In this document: in pieces, positions 49,919 through 62,200 of the stretch
Layout: each line of letters begins with the position of its first letter
How positions within the stretch are numbered: position 1 is the stretch's first letter
Source: Macrostomum hystrix
Taxonomy: Eukaryota > Animalia > Platyhelminthes
Assembly (NCBI GenBank): GCA_950097015.1
Contig: CATNEN010000034.1
Coordinates: forward strand, 6,510,001 to 6,574,000
Direction of reading: 5' to 3'
DNA length: 64,000 nt
Position numbers and translations under genes: made by a program
The notes under the pieces: model-generated
The model's input: only the letters and a program-made list of their open reading frames with translations
Told to the model about the DNA's origin: nothing
The model's database searches: none

Positions 49919-51804
49919 CATGACAGACTTTTAAATAGCCTCTACGACAGGCTGTTAAGTGAAATCTGGACTATTTTCATGGTCTTTATCTGTCTAAGCC
50001 TTTTGACAATTTTACCGGTTCTTTTAAAACTTTGGTTGAACTTTTTTTAAATTCAATTATTATATCCTGTATTTTCTTTTGGCGATGTTTTTGCATTTTA
50101 GAACTTTGCTGCTAATAGTTTCAATGATTTTTCTTGCTTCTCTACTAAAGTTTTTAAAGTCTGTCAATAAAACATTGCTTTCGAATGCTGAAAATTTTGA
50201 GGAGAGTAGACAAGTTTTTACTTTTTTTACTTTTTAGCCATTCGAACGTAAATTGGTCAGAACAACTTTGTTCATTGTCTAATGCTGGCTGTGTGTGCGA
50301 CAGCGACTCTACATGGTTTTCAAGGACATCGACTCTGGAGTCTAGCGCGACAGGAGCTGCGGACGGCAGGCGCTCGGGGCGCTGGGTGCTGAGTCATCGG
50401 CTGCTCCTGGAATGTGGCCGAGGCTCAGTGACCTGATGAATTTTTATTCTAATGGTATAAAATGCACACGGCACGCGGTTCTGACCATCGGGCAAAGCAG
50501 AATTTGGTCAAATGGCAGTATGAACCGCGTAGTGAGTTGATGCTTCCATCTGTAGCAGTCAAATTGTCAGATCATACCCCGTCAGCTGATAATTCGGCAG
50601 TTTAAATTAGGGTGAATCAGCTGTTAACCGTAAGACTAAAAAACTGGCTTTGAACGAACTTTATTCTTGATAAGATTTGAATGAGGTTTTTCCTATCCCA
50701 GTATTTAGCTTCACCAAGAGATCGAATTTATTAAACTTCCGCTGAAACAAATTCTACGGATTTCTCAGGCAGCAATTTTTTTCGGGATTTACGAATCAAC
50801 TGGGTTTCCACGGCAGCGATATTGAGGTTTCTTTGAGTCTATTTGTGATTTGAGGTTTGTGAGGTTGTGATAAAATGCGAGCCCAAAATATATATTGTCT
50901 ACATTCCGCCCTAAAGGGGTGATTGGCACTGTTAAGCATGATAACACGTTTGTCTCTCGTACAATGTACTTGTAGGTGGAGCCAACCCGATAGCACAGTG
51001 AGAGTATACGCTGTCTGACGCTGAGAATGTCTGGGTAGATTTTTTTACTTTAATTTGTGCTCGTTTCTTTTTCTTGATATAATGAATTCGTCTATTTTTT
51101 ATATAACAGATAAAACTTGTTGCAACGTACGAATGGTTTGTTATAACTTTAAATGTATAGTTTGCATTGTGCATTTATCTCTTTAATTAAAAAGAGTTCT
51201 GAGATTCAAAAGCATGGGTCAACTAGCGAACATGCGTGCCGTGCGTGCATGCACATGCTGACCTTACATAACACATTCGAAATCAACAAGGCTTATTTTT
51301 TTGTCAAATAATAGTTTGTTTCACAATAAATAAAATTTTCAAGTCCAGAGTTTTTCATCCTGCTTTAATTTATTCACAGCAATAAATTTATTGTGCACCT
51401 TAAATCTATGTTTCATTAAATGTAATTGGGGATTGGGCCTAGTTTCTTTTCTTTCTTTTACAGAATAAATGTCTGTCTTGAATTAAAACATTCTAAAATA
51501 ATGTTTTAATAGGCCAGAACTTAACTAAAATCTGCTGTCGCTATTATAAAACATAGCAGCCACAAAAGTTACTTCAAGCACTAACTTTACTATCTCATTC
51601 GAATTTTCTGTCAAAATTTCCACTGCTTCAGTCCTCACAAGTCAAGACTCCTCAGTCCAAGTCCTGATATATTGCAGAAAAATCTAATGCATATAATCCA
51701 AAACAAATACTACATCAGATTTTTCTCTAAGCTATTTATCAGTGGTTTAAACTCAATTATCTGATTAGGCCCTAAGAAGCTAAATCAATATCCAATCAAT
51801 CGAT

Positions 51805-52233
51805 CCTAGACACTTCGTCATCTTACAACTTCGTCATCCACTTTGAAGGTAGGGGCCTAGGACACTTCGTCATCCAGCCGATTGGCATGCTTTAAAGTTT
51901 GGTCAGTTTGTCATCTACTAATAACAAGCAATCAAGCTCGTCATCAATAAAGTGAGGGTGGGTGGTGGGGCAGAGGTTCACACTCTAAATTGTCAAAAGA
52001 TGTGTTAAAACTGATTTTATTATAAGAGGTGCCAAAGAGAGATAAGATAGGTGAAAGATAGGTGCTAAGACGATGTGAGGAGGGGTGGGGTAGTTCTGTT
52101 CTAACTTTGGAAACTTTTGTTTTATAGATGACAAAGTGTGCACAAGTCTAAGTCTCGTCATCCACCCTCTGAGATATTGGACAGACAGATTGTAATCTGG
52201 ATGATGAAGTTGTAAGATGAAAAAGTGTCCAGG
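51805..52233. mobile_element. MITE-like element with about 36-bp imperfect TIRs
   Basis: CCTAGACACTTCGTCATCTTACAACTTCGTCATCCA versus the reverse complement of 52198-52233; internal sub-repeats (TCGTCATC). Confidence 0.6.
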
Positions 52234-54422
52234 TACCAAATCAACTATGCTATTTAATAAAAAATACTTTGTGAGCATGTCTTGCTTTTTTATGCTACAT
52301 CATTGTTTATTTTATTTTGCAATGATTACATTTAATAAATGAAGTCTTAGCTATTATTAATAGCTATAATTGTATCTTATTGAATTAAAGTAGAAGGTAA
52401 TTTTGTTTATAAAAGTGGAATCAGAAACAAACATATTTCATATTTAAAATCTTTAAAAGTAATCCAATTATATAAATTGATTGTTTCTTATTTTGGGCAA
52501 CATATTTATTAGGGCTTGGTTGTTTATGAAATTTTGGTTGTGCATGAAAAAATAACTTTGTAATTGTGCATGACTGGTGTCTTGATTTTTTATTTTAATG
52601 GTTAACTAAATTAATTGCATATCAAGATATGGGACTCATAAATAAAACCATAGGCCTAATTAATTGTCATTTATATATGAATATGACATAATTAATAAAT
52701 CATACAATATGATCCAATCTTCATCCAAAATAGTCATAATATCTAAAGAATGATTACATAACCGCTGACTGCTGCAACTACAAATATACTGTATAATATA
52801 ATCTATAATTTCATTTTGACTGCTACTGCTTAGATTTATTTCTGTTTAAAAAAGTAGGTACTTCTCCTGTATAAAAGAAAACTTCCAATTCAAGCAAATA
52901 AAATATATAACATGTTATGGGACTGCATATACCTACTATAGTATTGTCATTGTTTGGTTCGTTTGGCTCTTAATTTAATGATGAATAAATTATATAATAT
53001 GATGACAAAAAGTTGAACTATAATTATTAAAATGTTGAATTATAATTATTAAAAAGTTAAATCAAATGATTCACAATGCCAATTGCTTGAAAAAAATTTA
53101 TGCATGAATAATTTGAATAATTTCAATTTCAAGAATTTGAGTTAAGCAATTTTTCTTTTGACTCTGCTATACAACATCTTTTTGTGCTCGCATCAAATGT
53201 TCTTCTTCACTCTTCATCCAAACAATAAATAAACAACAGTTGTGCATTGCTGCCCTTTTGTAAGTTGTAAGGCAAGCAGAAAGATGAGCAGCTTTCATAA
53301 ACAAAAGAAGATGGCTGCTTAGATTTCTGTATCTTTCTTTAGATTATTTGACAATATTTGATAAGTTTATCTCTTCAAGCATCTGAAATTGAAACTGAGA
53401 GGATTTGTACTGTTAGATGTGCTATTATACTAATAAAACAAAATTCTAGATTATAGTACTTGCATTTGGATTCCCAAAATTTCCATTAAAAAGTATTAAT
53501 GGGTCATGAAAAAAACAAAAGGGAGTAAAAGATCTCAATGTAATTTTCACATTGTAAAAAAATCAGGATTGCGATTCCTATGGTTGTGAAATCACAAATT
53601 GCATGTGTTGCACCTGTCTTATTTTCAGCTAAGTCATCTAATCTATGGAATATTTACTCTTTATTGAAAATGTTACATTTTTTCCTTTATTTTTCATAGT
53701 TTTTTTAATCTTACTTTGACCCCATTGTATTAGAAGCTGAACTGTTCTTGTGTAAAACTGTAGGTTATGTAGGTCAGCCATTTATTTGAATTTTTAAGTT
53801 CATAACAAAGTGCTATTTCTGTTGTGTCTAATATATTGCTGCCCATTATATAACAGTTCTATTTTACTTCTAGTTTTTTTACTCTTCATAGACCAAATAC
53901 ATTTCTGTGAGATAGGCTCATTAATGAGAAGGGGAATTCAAGTCCTGATCTAGCCTTCAGATGTACTACAAAATGCTGCATCTGAGTTGTCCGCTGCAAA
54001 TCTGGTCTGATGGGGGCAACTATAATAGTTTATTGTAAATTAAATTAGCTTTACCATTTTATCTACATATAGCTGTTGTAGCATATAACTGGAATGGCAA
54101 TCAATGCAGCGTCATTTTTATGCTATATAAAGATTTTATCTTTCTTACTTAATAGAGATATTGATTTCCATTATTCATTAGAATTCAATAATACAAAAAC
54201 TAATGTACACCATGTTGATCCTTCAGACAGTTATAGCAATAAATCAAATACATAGCAAATAAAAATGTTCATTTATGCATGTGTCGTTTTACAATATTTT
54301 AAAACTCATATATTGTATTGTTTTTTATGTATGCATATGTTATTTCTGCATAGTATTATGTCTCAAGATGCTATCATATTCATAGTTCCAGCATTCCTAT
54401 TGTAGCATTGATTTATATATAG

Positions 54423-55321
54423 CAGGGGTCGGCAAACTTATTAGCTGGCGGGCCAAAGAGAGAATCTAAAAGACGACAGCGGGCCGCTTTGATTATAGAA
54501 ATATTATATAAGGGCGAGATAAGACACGGGAGAGATGAGACACGGGAGAGCTGAGACACGAGAGAGATGAGACACGGGAGAGCTGAGACACGGGAGAGAT
54601 GAGACACGGGAGAGGTGAGACACGGGAGAGATGAGACACGGGAGAGATGAGACACGGGAGAGATGAGACACGGGAGAGATGAGACACGGGAGAGATGAGA
54701 CACGGGAGAGATGAGACACGGGAGAGATGAGACACGGGAGAGATGAGACACGGGAGAGATGAGACACGGGAGAGGTGAGACTCGGGAGAGATGAGATACG
54801 GGAGAGCTGAGACACGGGAGAGCTGAGACACGAGAGAGATGAGACACGGGAGAGCTGAGACACGGGAGAGCTGAGACACGGGAGAGATGAGACACGGGAG
54901 AGATGAGACACGGGAGAGATGAGATACGGGAGAGATGAGACACGGGAGAGATGGGACACGGGAGAGATGAGACACGGGAGAGATGAGACACGGGAGAGGT
55001 GAGACTCGGGAGAGATGAGATACGGGAGAGCTGAGACACGGGAGAGCTGAGACACGAGAGAGATGAGACACGGGAGAGCTGAGACACGGGAGAGATGAGA
55101 CACGGGAGAGATGAGATACGGGAGAGATGAGACACGGGAGAGATGAGATACGGGAGAGGTGAGACACGGGAGAGGTGAGACTCGGGAGAGATGAGACACG
55201 GGAGAGATGAGACACGGGAGAGATGAGACAGGATACTATAGGTGTTGGAAAGGGCAACGGGCCGGATTTGGGAGCTTCGAGGGCCGCATCTGGCCCGCGG
55301 GCCGGAGTTTGCCGACCCCTG
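54423..55321. mobile_element. Non-autonomous hAT (Charlie-like) element with internal minisatellite
   Basis: Perfect 16-bp TIR CAGGGGTCGGCAAACT and perfect 8-bp TSD ATATATAG (54415-54422, 55322-55329). Confidence 0.93.
54520..55230. repeat. 16-bp minisatellite (GAGACACGGGAGAGAT) inside the hAT element
   Basis: Tandem array; source of three LSRVSSLPCLISPVSH repeat ORFs. Confidence 0.97.
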
Positions 55322-55437
55322 ATATATAGGGACGTCTTTATTCCCAATTCTTTCGCCTGTAACTAAAATGAATATAACTAACAACAATATCCACCCTTCT
55401 GTTGCAGGTGGCAGAGCTAGCCTTGTTGGCGCAAGCA

Positions 55438-56988
55438 ATGCAGGTCATCAGCGATTATGAGCAGCGACGGTTATCAAGAATGGCTGAGAATGACAGGTTA
55501 ATTGACGAGCTATTTGGTACTTGTGTAACTGCCAAACTGCCACAGCCGAAGCGAGCTGCAAATGGTAGTGGAAAAGCTGACAATGTCTCTAGACAAAAGC
55601 AGCCTAGGGCCTGTACTATGCAGAAGAAGCGCCAGAGAAGTGACAGCGACAGCGACCCAGATTACCAACCTGCCGTCAAGACTAAAAAGTCTGCTGCAGG
55701 TTCTGTCAAAAAGACTGCTGCTGCTGCTGCTGCTGCTGCACCTGGGAGCGTACCGCGCAGAGCACCGCCTCGTCACAGCAAAACTGCCTGTGTTTATACG
55801 GAAAGCGAAGAGCGGCGATCCCTCTACTGTTACGACTGTGCCAACGAGGTGTTCCGCGACTGCTGCCAGCAGCACCAGCGCTGGATTGCCAACCGAATAC
55901 CTGATGGATTGGGCACTGTGGAAAACTTTGCCGACCTCACCTTGCCAGAGGGAATGCGTATCTGCCGATCCGCTGTGAGCAGATTCGCTGGCAGGGGAGT
56001 ATGGACTGAGGCTGCGATCCCTCGCGGCTCGATTTTCGGACCCTACCTGGGCAAGCGGATTTCCGACAAGGCAGCTGCCGAGGCCTCGTCCTACGCCTGG
56101 GAGATCCGATGCGAGGCCGGAACGCCACAGCGCAAAGAGTGGGTGGATGCCGCTGACAAGCGATATTCCAATTGGATGCGCTACGTGAACTGTAGCCGTA
56201 ATCTGTGCGAGCAGAACATGATTGCCTTCCAATGGGACAATGATGTGTACTACATTGCCATTCGCAACATCAGTCCCGGCCACGAGCTGCTTGTTTACTA
56301 TGGCGACGAAATGGCAAAGTTATACAACATAGTGGCCGAAGAGGGCGACAGCGTCAGCGATCGACCGCTGTTCGAGGAGACGGACGTTTTACAGACTGGC
56401 GGCGATCGGTCGTGCGGCTTTTGCGACAAAACTTTCAAGAGCAAATCAAGCAAGATGTGGCACGTCAGGACTGTTCACCTGTTGGAGAGGCACCACGTGT
56501 GCTCTCAGTGCGATGCTCGATTTCGAAGTGAAAGTGGTCTGGATGTTCACATGCGCACTCACACTGGCGAGCGACCGTTTGCCTGCAGTCTGTGTGAGAA
56601 GGCCTTCACTAAGAGCGGCAATCTCAAGACACACATGCGCACTCACACTGGCGAGCGACCGTTTGCCTGCAGTCTGTGTGAGAAGGCCTTCACTGAGAGC
56701 GGCAGTCTCAAGACACACATGCGCACTCACACTGGCGAGCGACCGTTTGCCTGCAGTCTGTGTGAGAAGGCCTTCACTGAGAGCGGCAGTCTCAAGACAC
56801 ACATGCGCACTCACACTGGCGAGCGACCGTTTGCCTGCAGTCTGTGTGAGAAGGCCTTCACTAAGAGCGGCAATCTCAAGACACACATGCGCACTCACAC
56901 TGGCGAGCGACCGTTTGCCTGCAGTCTGTGTGAGAAGGCCTTCACTGAGAGCGGCCATCTCAAGAGACACATGCGCACTCAGCACTAA
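55438..56988 (+). CDS. PRDM9-like: PRDM9-like histone methyltransferase: KRAB-like helix, SSXRD-like motif, Zn knuckle, PR/SET, 7 C2H2 fingers (last 5 an 84-bp minisatellite)
   Basis: LYCYDC..CCQQH knuckle and PR/SET (GRGVW, FGPYLG, NWMRYVNC, EQNMIAFQ, YYIAIR, ELLVYYG), followed by TGERPF-linked fingers. Single uninterrupted ORF with an acceptor-like TTGCAG at 55402-55407, so an upstream exon is possible. Orthology to PRDM9 is not proven. Confidence 0.88.
   Translation: MQVISDYEQRRLSRMAENDRLIDELFGTCVTAKLPQPKRAANGSGKADNVSRQKQPRACTMQKKRQRSDSDSDPDYQPAVKTKKSAAGSVKKTAAAAAAAAPGSVPRRAPPRHSKTACVYTESEERRSLYCYDCANEVFRDCCQQHQRWIANRIPDGLGTVENFADLTLPEGMRICRSAVSRFAGRGVWTEAAIPRGSIFGPYLGKRISDKAAAEASSYAWEIRCEAGTPQRKEWVDAADKRYSNWMRYVNCSRNLCEQNMIAFQWDNDVYYIAIRNISPGHELLVYYGDEMAKLYNIVAEEGDSVSDRPLFEETDVLQTGGDRSCGFCDKTFKSKSSKMWHVRTVHLLERHHVCSQCDARFRSESGLDVHMRTHTGERPFACSLCEKAFTKSGNLKTHMRTHTGERPFACSLCEKAFTESGSLKTHMRTHTGERPFACSLCEKAFTESGSLKTHMRTHTGERPFACSLCEKAFTKSGNLKTHMRTHTGERPFACSLCEKAFTESGHLKRHMRTQH
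56548..56982 (+). repeat. 84-bp coding minisatellite (zinc-finger array)
   Basis: Five units identical except at three codons. Confidence 0.98.
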
Positions 56989-58099
56989 AGTGAGCACTGT
57001 GGAGTCAGGTTAATTTATTGCAGTGTTTTTATGGGTTTTCCAAACTCCTGTTGGGGTTCGCAGGTTTAGTCGATTGGTCCAGGCGACCTCCCTAGCGGTG
57101 CATTTCTTAACGGGCCGATTGCTGGTAGATCCTAGTTTCGAATCTTTGTTACAAATTTTATTTATTTATTTATTTTAATTAGAGTTTATAATTAAAAATA
57201 GTATTTCTAGCATTTCTAGTTCATAAAAATCGTAAAAAAAGTTTCTGCACTGCAAAAGCAGCCTCAGCCGATATGTTTAGAAAATTGAATTGTTTGTGGT
57301 ACGGCCTCGAAGTTTTCGCAGCTTCTACTTGTCGTAGTGGTCAAGCAAATTAAAAAAATTATTCTCTTATTTACTTTTTTACTTCTTACGCTTTTGTACT
57401 AAATGCTCTATCAATACTTAGTATTTTTGCCTTGTTTACAGATATTTTATCTGGCTAGTAGTATGCGCAGCAAATATTTTTCGCATCGTTCCAGTTTTTC
57501 AGTTTCGTCTTTGTCGTTTCACAACAGTTTTAAAAGCCAATGAAGAGTGGTCACTGTCGTAGTATTATTTTTTAGAATGTTTTCTTTTTTTTAAAGGCCA
57601 ATGCAAATGTTCATTGTTTGTTATTTATGTCTTTTACACTGTGTCGTTCTATATCGTTGTAGATTTCCATTTTTGGAAATTGTCTTTTTCTACTAGTATC
57701 AATAAAAGCATTTCGTCCTTTCCTAGCGTGTTTTATAATTTTTCCACAAGTTTTTGTTTTTTTTCTGGTTTTTCCTGGTTTTTGCTCTGCTTTTAGTTCT
57801 GCGTAATTGGAAACTTGTCAATACAATAGTATGCATTTTTCCTTAATATCGTTTTATTATTTGGCATTTTACTACGTTTTTGCCAAATACACTTAGCTTT
57901 TTCGTTGGCAATTTATCTCCTTTTTTGTTTAAATCGTTTCGTTGGTTTAGGTCTTTGTTACATTTTTAATTAAAATATTTACTGTCTTATTTGCTTTCGA
58001 TGCCTAGTTTTCTATCATAACTTTGAACAGATTATCGATTAACGAACAGATTAACGAATTGTAATATATGACCAATACATAATACGAGTAAATGTAAAA

Positions 58100-58570
58100 A
58101 CTATGACCAATGCAGAATCAGTGGAAGAACTATGACCAATGCAGAATCAGTGGAAGAACTATGACCAATGCAGAATCAGTGGAAGAACTATGACCAATGC
58201 AGAATCAGTGGAAGAACTATGACAAATGCAGAATCAGTGGAAGAACTATGACAAATGCAGAATCAGTGGAAGAACTATGACCAATGCAGAATCAGTGGAA
58301 GAACTATGACCAATGCAGAATCAGTGGAAGAACTATGACCAATGCAGAATCAGTGGAAGAACTATGACCAATGCAGAATCAGTGGAAGAACTATGACCGA
58401 TGCAGAATCTGTGGAAGAACTATGACCGATGCAGAATCTGTGGAAGAACTATGACCAATGCAGAATCAGTGGAAGAACTATGACCAATGCAGAATCTGTG
58501 GAAGAACTATGACCAATGCAGAATCAGTGGAAGAACTATGACCAATGCAGAATCAGTGGAAGAACAATGA
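58100..58570. repeat. 29-bp minisatellite (ATGACCAATGCAGAATCAGTGGAAGAACT)
   Basis: Tandem array. Confidence 0.96.
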
Positions 58571-59241
58571 TCAATATAAAAGAGTAGCATAGGAAAAGCA
58601 GAGAAGCAGAGTTTGTGGAATGCCGGTCCTGTAATTCTTTTGTGTGGGGTTAGAGAAAACGAATGGAAGCTATAACCACGCCCTAACTGCACATAGGATT
58701 GTGCGAACATTGTTGAAATCTATTGTACAATAATTCTAGTTCAGCAGCTGTTGCGAGCGCAGTAGCTACAGCTAAAGTGTACAATTTGTAATTCCTACAA
58801 GGCGTAAGCTTCTACCTGAGCTGTGGAGAGAGGGGGAGGGTGTCGTACGTTTCTTTCCCCCGTTCCGTCTCCCTCTCCCCTCCCTTCTTAGCATATTAGT
58901 TTGAACTTTTCTGTTCCTCCTGCTCTGTGAGTACCCGTGAGAACTACCAGCATCTTCTTATTTCTTAAACAGACAGCAAATAGATTGTTTCCATTCTAAA
59001 TTCCTCTCTTTAATATCTATATTCATTTCTCGACGCAGAGCACACGGCCCCACAAACCCCATTGTTCTGCAATTGAGTACCCCTTGTTGGTTTCTCAGCC
59101 CGTACCTACTCAAGTCAAAGAATGGCGCATTTAATAAAATGTCAGAGCAAGCTATTATTCTGTGCTACGCCTAGCTGAGTCTAATAGGGTTCGCCTAAGG
59201 CTTCTTGCACTAATTTAGCCGGTCTGCTCAGTAGCATCACT

Positions 59242-62200
59242 ATGCAGTCGCAGTCTAACTCGTATCGAAATCTCAGCTACAGCTCCCTAGTTAGAGTTGA
59301 CGACATGCAGCAGCAGCAGCAGCAGTCGCTTGACAGCCTGTTCCAACCTGAGAACATTGTGGTCAAACAGCAGATGCTCAGCAGAGAAGAGGTGCTCATT
59401 GGTGTCGGCCGTATCCTGGACTGGGTGCACGGACCGGGCACCAAACTGCTGGACTCCCAGCGCGAGCTGCCGACTAACTTCACGGAGGCCGAGCAAATTC
59501 GAAAAAATCACGAACAATTCGAGTTTAAGTGTATGGTAAGACGGATTGCTACGCCTTTATTTTTCATCCAATCAGAAACCTAATGCGCCACCCAGAAGCC
59601 AATTCCATCCAATCAGAGACTGACTCAGTCACTCCGAAGCCATGCAATCCCATCCAATCAGAGACCGACTCAGTCAGTCAGAAGCCAGTTCCATCCAATC
59701 AGAGACTGACTCAGTCACTCCGAGGCTAATTCCATCCAATCAGAGACTGACTCAGTCACTCCGAAGCCATGCAATCCCATCCAATCAGAGACTGACTCAG
59801 TCACTCCGAAGCCAATTCCATGAAACAGTGAGAGTTACCAAAGCGCCACTAAAACCCTCAGCAAGCGCTCGCCAATTACGCCAGCCTTCGCGATGTTCGC
59901 ACAAACGACAACGAGCTGGCCGAGCGCCTAGAAAAGCTCGAGATCACCATCCAGGACTTCCTCCGCCGGCTTCAATCACGTCGTCAGGCTGTGGTCTCGT
60001 TGTACACCTTCTTTCGGCTGCGTCGCGACCTCGACGGTTATTTCCAGGAAATCGCCGACCTGCTAGTCTGGTCACAGAAGCGGCAGCACGAGCACGATGG
60101 GCAGCGCATTGAAGACGCGGAGCACTACCTGCGCCAGGTGGAGAAGCTGCTCCGCTTCGGTGAGAGCCTCTATCAGCAGCTGTGTGCTGAGGCTGAGCGA
60201 ATCCGATTAGTCGTCACCTCGCAGGAGATACTCGGTATCGTTGCGGCGCGGCTCGGCGAAGCCAAGCCCCAGCTAGCCAAGCAGTTGGAGACGCTTAAAA
60301 TCCGCCTGCTGGAGACTCGAAGGCGGCTGCAACTGTTGGTGTACGAGAGGGACACCAACCAGACCATAGCCTGGCTTGAAGACATCATCAGTGCAGTGCT
60401 GGACACTTATCTGGGCTATTGTATTGGTAAGACGCCGATGGAGTCGCAGCAGATATTGCTGCAGCATCGCACCCTGCAGGCCAAGTCCCAGGTAGGCGTT
60501 TTTCGGATTGGGTTAAGGGTGAGATGGGTGGAGGGTTAGGAGCAGGGAGTGAGTTGATTGTTGGACGGAAGGTCCGGGGCAGGGAGTGAGGTGGTTGGTG
60601 GACGGAAGGTCCGGGGCAGGGAGTGAGGTGGTTGGTGGACGGAAGGTCCGGGGCAGGAAGTGAGGTGGTTGGTGGACGGAAGGTCCGGGGCAGGGAGTGA
60701 GGTGGTTGGTGGACGGAAGGTCTGCGGCAGGGAGTGAGGTGGTTGGTGGACGGAAGGTCGTGCGTAGGGAGTGAGGTCGCTGGTGGATTGTTGGTTAGCG
60801 GCAGGGCAGATGGCCACTCGATGGGTCGAGCTGTTTGAGGGATTGAAAAATTCGGGGAAGAGAAGAAGGGCTTTTTCTCAAAATCAATGAAAACGATCGT
60901 AAAAAAACTATTAGGAAACCTACGACTGCGGCCTGGAGCTGATATCCGCTCTGACAAAGATCTACAGGTCTCAGGGCGCCAGCACAGAGAACTGCTCTGT
61001 GATGCGCACCGACCTCGAGATGAACTGGAGACGCCTGAACGACATTCTGATTGAGATGGGCGATCGATATGCCACCGCGGACGCCTTCTATGAAAACGTC
61101 GATCTGGTGAGTAGTGTCTTTTGTTTCGTTTCGCTAGTGCAGACCATGATCAATTAGATAACATTAAACATTAAACTGTGGGATAACGAGGACATTGCAA
61201 GGCAATAAAAAATAACAATTCAGTAAACAAACCCGATTCAGATATTGAAACTGAGAGTAACGATTTTCATAATTTCTAGCGAAAATTTTTGGCACGAAAG
61301 AGGGCCGGCAACTAGTAATACCTAACGTACCCAACGTATTTTTAATTACCCAACGTTCTCTAACGTTCATAACGTACTCTAAAGTTCCCAACGTACTCTA
61401 AAGTTCCCAACGTACTCATGTGTACCCAACGTACTCTAAAGTTCCCAACGTAATCATGTGTACCCAACGTACTCTAAAGTTCCCAACGTACTCATGTGTA
61501 CCCAACGTACTCTAAAGTTCCTAACGTACTCATGTGTACCCAACGTACTCATGTGTACCCAACGTACTCATGTGTACCCAACGTACTCATGTGTACCCAA
61601 CGTACTCATGTGTACCCAACGTACTCATGTGTACCCAACGTACTCATGTGTACCCAACGTACTCATGTGTACCCAACGTACTCATGTGTACCCAACGTAC
61701 TCATGTGTACCCAACGTACTCATGTGTACCCAACGTACTCATGTGTACCCAACGTACTTTTTTCTATCCATCGTACTCTATCTCGCATTTGTACACAATG
61801 TCTCCTATACGTTCTCTAAAATTCGACGAAACACGACAGAACCTGGAGCGCATCGAGCGACTCATCCTTCTTATCTGTCGCGACCTGGACACCGGAATGT
61901 CGCTGGACGACGTACGCAAGACCTACGCCGCAGAGCGGGACGAAATTGTCAAAGCGTACGAGAGCACCAAGCGAATTGGTGTCGGTCTGATGGAGCGAAT
62001 CCAGTTACCTGTTGCCAACCTGTGAGGCACTACTATTAGTAGAAATAAAGTTTTTTCTCGATTTCTGCTCGCATTAGACTATTTCGAATGCAATTCCCTT
62101 CCAGACCCGAAACTGTCGATCAGAAGATGATCGACCAGGTGCAGGACATAATCAAGGTCAAGCTGTTCACGTTGTGGTTGAAAATACGTGAACTATACTA

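Noticed and set aside
50185-50436. GC-rich patch as the missing Y exon of gene F
   Set aside because: No DAxSTG or RLAWS motif in any frame; an in-frame stop interrupts the most protein-like frame.
55510-57013. Antisense and alternate-frame ORFs over the PRDM gene (55510..56283, 56446..56997, 56513..57013)
   Set aside because: Shadows of GC-rich coding sequence and of the 84-bp repeat, with no independent motifs.
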